NCBI GenBank assembly: GCA_965243545.1
Contig: OZ251573.1
Span: 74,510-138,509 of the forward strand
Origin: Spirochaetia bacterium
GTDB taxonomy: Bacteria > Spirochaetota > Spirochaetia > SZUA-6 > Bin103
Reading direction: 5' to 3'
DNA: 64,000 nucleotides
The notes under the pieces are model-generated. The model ran no database searches, had not been told where the DNA came from, and saw only the letters and a list, made by a program, of their open reading frames with translations. This document shows, one piece after another, positions 8,909 through 18,193 of the stretch (its first letter is position 1; each line of letters begins with the position of its first letter). A program made the translations under genes and the position numbers.

Positions 8909-9535
8909 TCAACCGTCGGCCGGCCCGCGGCCGGCGGCCGGCTGGCCGGCTGCCCCCGCGTCATCGGCCCCCGCCCCATCGGCTGGCCCGGTGTCATCGG
9001 TTGGCCCGGCGCCGTCGTCGGCGGCGGCTGCCTCCGCGCGCAGGTAGTCGGCCACGTTGCGGGCGCCGCGCAGGTCGATCTCCTCGAATTCGGTTCGTTC
9101 GCGGACTGCGGCCGCCAGCGCGCCGAACGACTCGAACTCGTCGGACAGCTCCACCAGCTGGTCGACGTCGGCCCGGTACAGGAAGACGCTGCGCCGGCGG
9201 CCGTTCGCGGCCAGCCCGGCCCGCGTCAGCTCCGTCCAGCGCATGACCGCCTGCTCCTCACCCATGAAGTCGAGCTCGATCCGGTCCTCGTAGACCCGGA
9301 CCCGGCTGCGGAACTGCTTGAGCAGATAGCGGATCACCCGGTAGCCGATCAGCCCGATCGGCGCGGCGGCGATCAGCACCGGCCACGCGTCGGCGAGCAG
9401 CGCGACCGCCGCCGCGGCGGCGATCAGCGCCGGCGGCAGCAACAGCGGCACCAGGGCGCGTGGGTTTGAGCGCAGCGTGATGCGCGACCGCAGGAGCGCC
9501 GCGTCACCGGCGGGCTCGGCAGTCATCCCGGGCAT
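8909..9535 (-). CDS. hypothetical membrane protein (two TM helices, soluble domain, and an Asp/Gly/Ala-rich C-terminal tail)
   Basis: Two hydrophobic helices (LVPLLLPPALIAAAAAVALL and WPVLIAAAPIGLIGY) are followed by a charged domain. The tail AAADDGAGPTDDTGPADGAGADDAGAAGQ is encoded by imperfect catcggc(c/t)(c/g)gcccc-type repeats at 8900-9010. The start is uncertain (9535 or 9526). Confidence 0.4.
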   Translation of the reverse strand: MPGMTAEPAGDAALLRSRITLRSNPRALVPLLLPPALIAAAAAVALLADAWPVLIAAAPIGLIGYRVIRYLLKQFRSRVRVYEDRIELDFMGEEQAVMRWTELTRAGLAANGRRRSVFLYRADVDQLVELSDEFESFGALAAAVRERTEFEEIDLRGARNVADYLRAEAAAADDGAGPTDDTGPADGAGADDAGAAGQPAAGRGPADG

Positions 9536-9598
9536 GGCGCGGCATCCTACGGGCAAGGCGCGCCGGGGGAAAGGCCGGCCGTTGGACCGCGGGGCGCG

Positions 9599-9660
9599 GA
9601 TTGGCTATATTGGCGCCATAGCTTGAAGCCACAGCTTGAAGCGGCGCTGCCACGCCGCGG
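9599..9660 (+). promoter_or_regulatory. hppA upstream region with the ATTGGCTAT motif, a 10-nt direct repeat (AGCTTGAAGC N3 AGCTTGAAGC) and a GCGGCG-N6-CGCCGC hairpin
   Basis: Read directly as gattggctatattggcgccatAGCTTGAAGCcacAGCTTGAAGCggcgctgccacgccgc. The same ATTGGCTAT 9-mer and a TTGAAGCG element occur upstream of the repeat-protein gene at 6203-6236. Confidence 0.25.
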
Positions 9661-9691
9661 CGCTTCCACACACTCTCCGCAAGGACATTCG

Positions 9692-11989
9692 ATGAGACGC
9701 ATCTTCGCCGTATTGCTCATTCTGTCCCTAGCCGTGCTCCCGGCCGCAGTCGGTTTCGCCCAGGGAACCGACCCCGCGCCGGCGCGCGATGAGGGCCCCG
9801 ACATGATGTGGGTCACCTGGATCGGCTCCGTTGCCGCTCTGGGCTTCTCACTGATCTTGGCGCTTGCCGTGCTGCGCAAGGAGCCCGGCAACGAACGGAT
9901 GCGGGACCTGAGCCGCGCCGTGCAGGAGGGGGCGATCGCCTACCTGAAACAGCAATACAAGGTCGTCGCGATCTTCTTCGTGGTGCTGTTCGCGGTGCTG
10001 GGGGTGATCTCCTGGGGGTTGGGGCTGCTGTCCGGCTTCGTGCCGTTCGCCTTCATCACCGGCGGGTTCTTTTCCGCGCTGGCCGGCTTCATCGGCATGA
10101 CCGTGGCGACCCGCGCCAACGCGCGCACCGCCTGGGGCGCCAGCCAGAGCCTCAACGCCGGGCTGCGCGTCGCCTTCTCGTCGGGGACGGTGATGGGCAT
10201 GACCGTCGTCGGCCTGGGGCTGCTCGACATCTCGATCTGGTGGTGGCTGCTGCGCGCCGTCTTCGACGTGCCGCCGGAAGAGATCCCGCCGATCATGATC
10301 ACCTTCGGCATGGGCGCGTCCGCCATGGCGCTGTTCGCCCGCCTGGGCGGCGGCATCTTCACCAAGGCCGCCGACGTCGGGGCCGACCTGGTCGGCAAGG
10401 TGGAAGCCGGCATTCCCGAGGACGACCCCCGCAACCCCGCGTCGATCGCCGACAACGTCGGCGACAACGTCGGCGACGTGGCCGGCATGGGCGCCGACCT
10501 GTACGAGTCGTACGTCGGCTCCATCATCGCCACCATGGCGCTGGGAGCGGTCGCTTCGCTCGGTCTCGACTCGATTTCGGCCCTGCAGGCGATCCAGGTC
10601 CCGGTGTCGATCGCGACCATCGGCGTGCTCTGCTCGATCCTGGGCACCTTCGTCGTGCGCGCCAAGGGGGACGCCAGCCAGGCGGTGCTGCTGAGCGCCT
10701 TGCGGCGCGGCACCTACGGTTCGACCGCGCTGATCGCGGTCGGCTCCTTCCTGCTGGTCATGCTGACGCTCGGCGGCGAGTTCCTCGGCATCTGGGCCGC
10801 CATGATCGTCGGGCTGATCGCCGGCAACATCATCGGCTACTTCACCGAGTACTACACCTCCGACCACTACAAGCCGACGCAGCTCCTCTCCAATGAGGCG
10901 CTCACCGGGCCCGCCACCACCATCATCGGCGGCGTGTCGCTCGGCATGCTCTCCACGCTGATTCCGGTGCTCACCGTGGTCGTGGCCACGCTGGCGGCCT
11001 TTTTCCTGTCGGGCGGGGCCGCCACTCCCGGCCTCGGCCTGTACGGAATCGGGTTGTCGGCGGTCGGCATGCTGTCGACGCTCGGAATCACCCTGGCCAC
11101 CGACGCGTACGGGCCGGTGGCGGACAACGCCGGCGGCATTGCCGAGATGGCCAAGATGGAGCCGCACGTCCGCGAGCGCACCGACGCGCTCGACTCGCTC
11201 GGCAACACCACCGCCGCCACCGGCAAGGGGTTTGCGATCGGCTCCGCCGCGCTCACGGCGCTGGCCCTGCTGGCCGAATACGGCAACAAGATCGTCGAAG
11301 CGTTCGAGCAACTCACCATCTCGCCCCTGTTCGAGGAGTTCTACGCCGGCGTGGTGAACATCGCGCGCGGCGCCGACGGCCACGTGACCGGCGTGACGAT
11401 GAGCATCAACCTGCTGGACCCGAAGATCCTCATCGGGCTGTTCATCGGCGCCATGCTGCCGTTCGTCTTCTCCTCGCTGTCGATGCGCGCGGTGGGCCGG
11501 GCCGCCGGCGACATGGTCAAGGAGGTGCGCCGCCAGTTTCGGGAGAAGCCGGGCATGTTGGACGGCAAGGACCGCCCGGACTACGCCGGCTGCGTAGCGA
11601 TCTCCACACAGGGCGCGCAGCGCGAGATGCTGGTGCCGTCGCTGCTGGCGGTCGTGGCGCCGATCCTGACCGGGATCATCTTCGGACCGTTCACGGTGAT
11701 CGCGCTGCTGGCCGGCGCGCTCACCTCTGGATTCGTGCTGGCCATCATGATGGCCAACGCCGGAGGCGCCTGGGACAACGCCAAGAAGTTCATCGAAGGC
11801 GGCGCGCACGGCGGCAAGGGGTCGGAACCGCACAAGGCCGCCGTCGTCGGGGACACGGTCGGCGACCCGTTCAAGGATACGTCGGGGCCGTCGATCAACA
11901 TCCTCCTCAAGCTGATGTCGATGGTCTCGATCGTGTTCGTCACCACGGTGATCGCCCTCAACGACCTGTTCATACGCCTCTTTTCCTGA
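9692..11989 (+). CDS. hppA: K+-insensitive pyrophosphate-energized proton pump (membrane H+-translocating pyrophosphatase) with N-terminal signal-like segment
   Basis: 766 aa, polytopic, with the canonical H+-PPase motifs GGG(I/A)FTKAADVGADLVGKVE, DNVGDNVGD and AMIVG. ATG 9692 is preceded by AAGGA with a 6-nt spacer. The antisense ORFs 9848-11833, 9940-10713 and others are rejected. Confidence 0.9.
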   Translation: MRRIFAVLLILSLAVLPAAVGFAQGTDPAPARDEGPDMMWVTWIGSVAALGFSLILALAVLRKEPGNERMRDLSRAVQEGAIAYLKQQYKVVAIFFVVLFAVLGVISWGLGLLSGFVPFAFITGGFFSALAGFIGMTVATRANARTAWGASQSLNAGLRVAFSSGTVMGMTVVGLGLLDISIWWWLLRAVFDVPPEEIPPIMITFGMGASAMALFARLGGGIFTKAADVGADLVGKVEAGIPEDDPRNPASIADNVGDNVGDVAGMGADLYESYVGSIIATMALGAVASLGLDSISALQAIQVPVSIATIGVLCSILGTFVVRAKGDASQAVLLSALRRGTYGSTALIAVGSFLLVMLTLGGEFLGIWAAMIVGLIAGNIIGYFTEYYTSDHYKPTQLLSNEALTGPATTIIGGVSLGMLSTLIPVLTVVVATLAAFFLSGGAATPGLGLYGIGLSAVGMLSTLGITLATDAYGPVADNAGGIAEMAKMEPHVRERTDALDSLGNTTAATGKGFAIGSAALTALALLAEYGNKIVEAFEQLTISPLFEEFYAGVVNIARGADGHVTGVTMSINLLDPKILIGLFIGAMLPFVFSSLSMRAVGRAAGDMVKEVRRQFREKPGMLDGKDRPDYAGCVAISTQGAQREMLVPSLLAVVAPILTGIIFGPFTVIALLAGALTSGFVLAIMMANAGGAWDNAKKFIEGGAHGGKGSEPHKAAVVGDTVGDPFKDTSGPSINILLKLMSMVSIVFVTTVIALNDLFIRLFS

Positions 11990-11993
11990 GAGG

Positions 11994-12521
11994 TCAGTCG
12001 AGGCGGTAGCCGCGGCCGCGTACGGTGGCGATCGGCTGCCGGGCCGCCAGCCGGGCAGCGTCCCCCGGCCGGGGCGCGTCCGCTGGCGCCGCCACCGCGG
12101 CCAGATGGCGCCGCAACGCGGTGACGTGCATGTCGACCGCCCGGCTGCGCCGGCCGGGCGGCCGGCCCCAGATGGCGTAGAACAGCGCGTCGCGGGTCAC
12201 CGCCGCGCCGCGGTTGGCCAGCAGCATGCGCAGGATCTCGGCTTGTTGCGCGCCCAGGGTGACGGCGCCGGCCGGTCCCGACAGGACCCGGCCCGACAGC
12301 CGTAGCGCGCCGCCGTCACCGAAGCGGGCGGCCGCCTCAGCTTGGCCGACGGTGCGGAGCGCGCGCAGCTCCAGCTCCTGCGGCGTCCACGGATCGCGCA
12401 GGTAGTCGGCGCAGCCGGCCAGGAACAGGCGCGGCAGCGCGTCCTCCGGCCCGTAGGCTATGAGCGGCCAGGCCGGCTCGACCGGTCCGGTCAGCAGACG
12501 TTCGGCGGCGGCGGCCGGCAT
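11994..12521 (-). CDS. OmpR/PhoB-type winged-helix transcriptional regulator with a truncated, aspartate-less receiver domain
   Basis: The C-terminus (TLGAQQAEILRMLLANRGAAVTRDALFYAIWGRPPGRRSRAVDMHVTALRRHL…VRGRGYRLD) is a trans_reg_C wHTH. The N-terminal 60 aa (PLIAYGPEDALPRLFLAGCADYLRDPWTPQELELRA) aligns with the alpha4-beta5-alpha5 region of a receiver. The same frame stays open upstream to a stop at 12888-12890 without any ATG, GTG or TTG, and encodes beta1-beta3-like strands (VCLVAPSG…AAVIMP) in which the phospho-acceptor Asp is replaced. Confidence 0.6.
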   Translation of the reverse strand: MPAAAAERLLTGPVEPAWPLIAYGPEDALPRLFLAGCADYLRDPWTPQELELRALRTVGQAEAAARFGDGGALRLSGRVLSGPAGAVTLGAQQAEILRMLLANRGAAVTRDALFYAIWGRPPGRRSRAVDMHVTALRRHLAAVAAPADAPRPGDAARLAARQPIATVRGRGYRLD

Positions 12522-12694
12522 GATGACGGCCGCGTAGCCGGGGTCGCGCGCGGCCGGCGGCTCGGCGGCGACTGCGAGCGTGAACCCTGCGATCCGGCGG
12601 GAGTAGGCGTTCAGACGGGCGCCGAGCGCCCCCGACGGAGCAACCAGGCAGACACACGGCAGTCCGGCGCGCGCCGCCGCGCCGCCCGGCGGGC

Positions 12695-12790
12695 TGTCGC
12701 CCGGGGGTTTGGCGCCCGGGGGTTTGGCGCTCAGGGGTTGGCGCCCGGATGGTTGGCCGCCCGGATGGTTGGCGCGCGACTGCGCCGAGA
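12695..12790. repeat. imperfect 15-16-bp tandem repeat (ggtttggcgcccggg-like, about 6 copies)
   Basis: Read as cccgggggtttggcgcccgggggtttggcgctcaggggttggcgcccggatggttggccgcccggatggttggcgc. It lies in the start-less upstream extension of the regulator frame, where it would encode PPGAKPPGAKPPG. Confidence 0.5.
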
Positions 12791-12819
12791 TGGCGGCGGG
12801 TCCGGCCGGCGCCGCCCGG

Positions 12820-13545
12820 TCAGGCGCCCGGCGCGGCTTGGCCCGAGCTCTCCTGGGACTTGTCTTCGATCTGTCCCATCTTCCGCTTCAGGTCTTCGAG
12901 CAGCCGGTCCGCGGACGTGTCGCCCCCCTCCAGCTGTTTGAACTCGCGTTCAAGCGCCTTGTCGCCGGCGTCCAGCTCGTTGATCTCCCGTTCGGCGTCG
13001 GCCTGCGCCTCGATCTGATCGACCTTCTTGGTCATGCGGTCGAACGCCTCGAACGCCGACGTATCGCGCGACACGCTCAAGGTCGACTGGATGCGCTGCT
13101 GCGCCTCGGCCCGTTTGGTGCGAGCGATCAGGATGTTTTTCTTGCGCTGCGCTTCCTCGATCTTCTGGGTCAGATCGCGCAACGATCCCTTGAGCTGCTC
13201 GACCGCATTGTGCTGCGCCTCCCACTGCTCCTGATAGCTCGACACGTCCTCGTCGAGCTCCTGCTTGCGGACCAGGGCGCGCTTGGCCAGCTCATCCTTG
13301 CCCTCGCGCACCGCCAGCACGGCGCGTTTCTCCCAATCATCTGCCTGGGCGCGCTGCTGCAACAGCTGCCGCTCCAGCTGCTTCTCGTCCGCGATGGCGC
13401 CGGCGACCGCCTTCTTGGATTCGATGAGCTGGCCGTTCATGTCCTCGATCAGCTGCGTGAGCATCTTCTCGGGATTCTCCGCCTTGCTGATCATGTCGTT
13501 GATGTTCGACTTGACGACTCTGCGGAACCGATCGAACAGGCCCAT
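12820..13545 (-). CDS. pspA: PspA/IM30 (phage shock protein A / Vipp1) family protein
   Basis: N-terminus MGLFDRFRRVVKSNINDMISKAENPEKMLTQLIEDM is the PspA/IM30 signature, and the rest is coiled-coil. Its ATG lies 1 nt from the stop of the upstream ybjN-like gene. Confidence 0.9.
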   Translation of the reverse strand: MGLFDRFRRVVKSNINDMISKAENPEKMLTQLIEDMNGQLIESKKAVAGAIADEKQLERQLLQQRAQADDWEKRAVLAVREGKDELAKRALVRKQELDEDVSSYQEQWEAQHNAVEQLKGSLRDLTQKIEEAQRKKNILIARTKRAEAQQRIQSTLSVSRDTSAFEAFDRMTKKVDQIEAQADAEREINELDAGDKALEREFKQLEGGDTSADRLLEDLKRKMGQIEDKSQESSGQAAPGA

Positions 13546-13546
13546 A

Positions 13547-13939
13547 TCAGCGGTCCCCCGTTTTCACCAGCGGCAGAAGCCGCTCGTAGTGCTCGGCGAC
13601 CGACAGGCTGATCGCGTCGAGCGTTGCCTGGAACTCCTCGATGTCGATCGTCTCGCTGAGCAGCGTGTTGATCATGACGATGGAGTCCCCTTCCAGAGCG
13701 TAGGCGCCGTGCAGCAGGTCGGTGCCGTTGAGGCGCAGCAGTTCGGCGTAGAGCGCGCAGTGGTCGCCCGGCGGCAGGTCGGTGACCTTGAGCCGGAAGA
13801 TGACCACCGGTTCGTCGTGCGCGACGACGAGGTTTTCGACCCCGCGCTCTTCGTCGTTGATCACCCAGGTGTCGCTGTCGAGTTCCTCGAACGACAGCCC
13901 GAGCGTGCGGAGAAAGCTTTCGATTCGTTGACGAGTCAT
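13547..13939 (-). CDS. YbjN-domain protein (putative sensory-transduction-regulator / T3SS-chaperone-like fold), PspA-associated
   Basis: 131 aa, MTRQRIESFLRTLGLSFEELDSDTWVINDEE…LYAELLRLN…GAYALEGDSIVMINTLLSETIDIEEF, a YbjN-like pattern. It overlaps the upstream STAS gene's stop by 4 nt (ATGA) and is 1 nt from the pspA start. Start trimmed to ATG 13939. Confidence 0.6.
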   Translation of the reverse strand: MTRQRIESFLRTLGLSFEELDSDTWVINDEERGVENLVVAHDEPVVIFRLKVTDLPPGDHCALYAELLRLNGTDLLHGAYALEGDSIVMINTLLSETIDIEEFQATLDAISLSVAEHYERLLPLVKTGDR

Positions 13940-14445
13940 GCTGCGAATACCTGTGCGCCGTAGTTGATCGCCAGGACCGCCTGGCACTGAGAGCAGCGGA
14001 ACCGGCCCGGCTTGACGGTGCGGAGCCGGGCCGCGCACGCCGGGCACGTCACTACCTGTGGAAAGAGTACCGCCGGCGCGGGCCGTCCGGCCGCGGTCAG
14101 CCGGGACACCGCTTGGTCGACGTCTGCGGCGACGGTGAACAGATCGGCAAAGCCGAGCAGACGGAACGCTTCGCCCGCCGGCGCCGGCAGCGCGGCCAGC
14201 GCCACGTCACCGCCGCGCAGCCGCAACGCCCGTTGCAGGGCCGCGAACACGCCGATGGCGGGGCCGGTGAGCTCCCGCAGGCCGGCGCAGTCGATGATGA
14301 GCCGCACGCAACCGGCCGCCAACGCCGCGTCGGCGCGGGCCCGGAACCGGTCCGAGTCATCGGCGCCGAGGCGGCCGTTGAGGCGCAGCACCATGCAGCC
14401 GTCGGCCCCGCTACGGGCTTCGGCCCCGGCCGGCTGCGGCCGCAT
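13936..14445 (-). CDS. STAS-domain protein (anti-sigma-factor-antagonist fold) with C-terminal CxxC…CxxC zinc ribbon
   Basis: MVLRLNGRLGADDSDRFRARADAALAAGCVRLIIDCAGLRELTGPAIGVFAALQRALRLRGGDVALAAL…FADLFTV is a SpoIIAA-like STAS domain. The C-terminal segment CPACAARLRTVKPGRFRCSQC is a zinc ribbon. The start is ambiguous: ATG 14445, ATG 14394 or TTG 14562. Confidence 0.55.
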   Translation of the reverse strand: MRPQPAGAEARSGADGCMVLRLNGRLGADDSDRFRARADAALAAGCVRLIIDCAGLRELTGPAIGVFAALQRALRLRGGDVALAALPAPAGEAFRLLGFADLFTVAADVDQAVSRLTAAGRPAPAVLFPQVVTCPACAARLRTVKPGRFRCSQCQAVLAINYGAQVFAA

Positions 14446-14609
14446 CGCCGGATGGTCCGATCGCCCGCCGAGCCGGCCGCTCACGGTTGCGTCTACTGCG
14501 GATTCGGTTGCGGCGTTCGACACGACACCGCAAGCATAGCCGCGGCGGCCCATGCTCGTCAAACGCCGCAGGCAGGTCGGGTCGATCCACGCGGGGTCGA
14601 TCGCTGCGG

Positions 14610-15758
<1,149 letters not shown>

Positions 15759-16257
15759 AGGAGGCGCACGGCCACGATCGCCGCGACCGCGGCGGTCTCC
15801 GCCCTCAGCGTCGCGGCGCCGAGCGAGCAGCGGCGAAAGCCGGCCTCGGCCAGGCGGTCGAGCTCCGGGGCGGAGAAACCGCCTTCCGGTCCGATCAGCA
15901 GCCAGACCGGCGCCGCGGGGTCGAGCGTGTCCGGCAGATCGAAGCCGGCTTCGCCGCGCGCCGGCGGCTGCAGGACCAGCTTGCCGGCCGCTTCCGGCAG
16001 CGCCGCGTCCCGCAACAGCTCCGCCAGGCCGCGGGGAGACGCGATCGCCGGCAGCGGCCGGCGGCCGCTCTGCTGGGCGGCGCTGCGCCCGATGCGCTGC
16101 CAGCGCGGCAGGCGCGGATGCGCCTGCGCGGCGGGGGCGGAACGGCCGGTCAGCACCGGGATGATGCGGGCCGCGCCGAGCTCGGTCGCCTGCCGGACGA
16201 TCAGGTCCATCGCCGCCGGCTTGACGACCGCCTGCGCCACGGTGATCGGCGCCGCCG

Positions 16258-16335
16258 CCCGCCGTTCGTCAGAGACCGGGCCGTCAGGGACAGGCCCGTC
16301 AAGGACAGGCCCGTCAAGGACAGGCCCGTCAAGGA
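16258..16335. repeat. 15-bp tandem repeat x5 (caggcccgtcaagga) inside rsmE
   Basis: Read directly as …gacaggcccgtcaaggacaggcccgtcaaggacaggcccgtcaaggacgggg…. Confidence 0.75.
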
Positions 16336-16561
16336 CGGGGCGCAACGTGACCGACAGCCGGTCGCGGCTCCGCTCCCGGACGGTCATGGCGTAGCGCGCG
16401 CCGTCCGCCGTGCTGGCCGGGATGCTGTCGCCCGGGCGCATCCGGCGCACGTGCGCCAAGTAGTGGAAGTCCGCGCCGGTCAGCACCGCGGACCGGGCCG
16501 CCGCGGCGCTCCGTCCGCCGGCCGCGATCGCCTCGTCGGGGATGACGAACTGCCGCACTCC

Positions 16562-18121
16562 CTACTCGCCGGCGGGCAGGTTGCGCGCGTCCGGCCGGCG
16601 GTCCGGCGGCGCGATCGGGTCCGGCTGCGCCGGGCGGGCGAGCTCGGCGGCGACCGCCGGAAAGGAGTGCGCGGTCACCTCGCCGGTCCGCAGCAGCCGC
16701 ACCGCTTCGATCACCGACGGATCGTTGACCAGATCGTAGATCGGGGTCTGCCGGTGGATGCGCGCGATGGCGCGCGCCAACTTCCGCCGGGCCATCCCTT
16801 CATCGAGATCGACACAGCCGTCCGCGACGGCCGCGCCGGCGTCTCCGGGGCATACGCCCATGCCGGCGTCCGCGGCGTCCGCCAGCAGCTGCCGGATCTC
16901 CGCTTCGGTCGGCGCCGGGTGGTCCAGGGCGAAGCGCACCAGCAGCTCCGACCGGCCGAACCGGTCGAGCGCGTAGTGCTCGTCGCTGCTGATCTCCGGC
17001 TCGGTAATGCGGTGCGGGGCGACGCCGACGCCGTCGATCTTGGTTCCGGCCGGCGTGAAGTACCGGGCGGTGGTCACCTTGACCGCGCGATCGCTCTCTA
17101 TGCGCATCACCTGCTGCACCGACCCCTTGCCAAAGCTGCGCTGACCGATCAGATAGGCCCGCTCCTGGTCCTTCAGCGCGCCGGCCAGAATCTCGGCGGC
17201 CGATGCCGACCGGCCGTCGATCACCACGATCACCGGCAGGTCGCCGCCGATCACCGTGCCGCGCCGCGTGGCCGGGTAGTCGTGGTTCTCGCTCTCCACG
17301 CGGGAGCGGGTCTTGACGATCGTCCCCGCGTCCAGGAACAGGTCGGCCACCTCGACGACGGCGGCCAGCAGGCCGCCGGAGTTGCCGCGCAGATCGACGA
17401 TCAGCGATCGCGACCGGCCGTCCAGGTCGTCCAGGGCTTCGCGCATCCGGTCGGCGGTCTTGTTGGTGAACTGGCTCACCTGCAGGTAGCCGACGTCGGG
17501 GTCTATCAGCGCGTGCCGGACGGTGGGGACCTCGATCAGCTGGCGCGTGACCGTCACGTCCAGCGTCCGGCCGGCGCGCACCAGGGAGACCCGCACCTGC
17601 GATCCGGGCGGACCGCGCAGGCGGGCCACCGCGCCGGCGCCGCCCAGGGCGCCGATGTCGTCGCCGTCGACGCCCACGATCAGGTCGCCGGCCTCGATGC
17701 CGGCCGCCCGCGCCGGCGAGTCCGCGAACGGCTCGATGACCAGCACGCCGCCGTCGACCGCTTCGATGTAGAGGCCGAGGCCGCCGAACTCACCGGTGGT
17801 CATGTCGTTGAGGTCATCGATGCCGTCCCGGTCGACGAAGGTGGTGTAGGGATCGTCGATCGTCCGCAACATCCCCTCCAGCGCGCCGGTCAGCAGCTGG
17901 TCGGTGTCGGCGGCGGCGGCGTCGACGTAGTTTTCCCGCACGAAGTCCATGACGTCGCGCAGGATGGCGATCGCGCGCTCCGATTCGCGGGTCCGGCTCT
18001 GCGCCAGCACCTGCGGCGCAAGCAGGAGCAACGTGCCGACGATGGCGACGATGACGGTGGCGGTGGTCAGAAACGCTCGCAGGACCCCGAGCCCGGTCCG
18101 CCGCGGCTCAAGTCCCCTCAT
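16562..18121 (-). CDS. ctpA: carboxyl-terminal processing protease, S41 family (CtpA-like; PDZ + S41 peptidase domains)
   Basis: N-terminal TM/signal (GLGVLRAFLTTATVIVAIVGTLLLLAPQV), then a PDZ region, then S41 catalytic motifs LIVDLRGNSGGLL and SASAAEILAGALKD. Start trimmed to ATG 18121; a TTG at 18139 is also possible. Confidence 0.85.
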   Translation of the reverse strand: MRGLEPRRTGLGVLRAFLTTATVIVAIVGTLLLLAPQVLAQSRTRESERAIAILRDVMDFVRENYVDAAAADTDQLLTGALEGMLRTIDDPYTTFVDRDGIDDLNDMTTGEFGGLGLYIEAVDGGVLVIEPFADSPARAAGIEAGDLIVGVDGDDIGALGGAGAVARLRGPPGSQVRVSLVRAGRTLDVTVTRQLIEVPTVRHALIDPDVGYLQVSQFTNKTADRMREALDDLDGRSRSLIVDLRGNSGGLLAAVVEVADLFLDAGTIVKTRSRVESENHDYPATRRGTVIGGDLPVIVVIDGRSASAAEILAGALKDQERAYLIGQRSFGKGSVQQVMRIESDRAVKVTTARYFTPAGTKIDGVGVAPHRITEPEISSDEHYALDRFGRSELLVRFALDHPAPTEAEIRQLLADAADAGMGVCPGDAGAAVADGCVDLDEGMARRKLARAIARIHRQTPIYDLVNDPSVIEAVRLLRTGEVTAHSFPAVAAELARPAQPDPIAPPDRRPDARNLPAGE

Positions 18122-18193
18122 GATCGCGCCGATTCTCAAAGCGGGGCGAAGCGTGTGTCAACGCGGGCGGATGCGCTTTATCATGCCCGTCCG

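Noticed and set aside
7432-8997. 521-aa minus-strand ORF opposite the Hsp70-like gene
   Set aside because: It is antisense to a gene with unambiguous Hsp70 motifs and has no motifs of its own, so it is a GC-driven open frame.
9848-11833. 661-aa minus-strand ORF and several others inside hppA
   Set aside because: They are antisense to a canonical H+-PPase and have low-complexity Arg/Gly/His-rich translations.
14563-14609. sigma-54 (-24/-12) promoter upstream of the STAS-ybjN-pspA genes
   Set aside because: No TGGCAC-N5-TTGC-like element was found by eye in the 47-nt gap or nearby. The closest, TGGCGCcatagcTTGAAG at 9611, has wrong spacing and is upstream of hppA.
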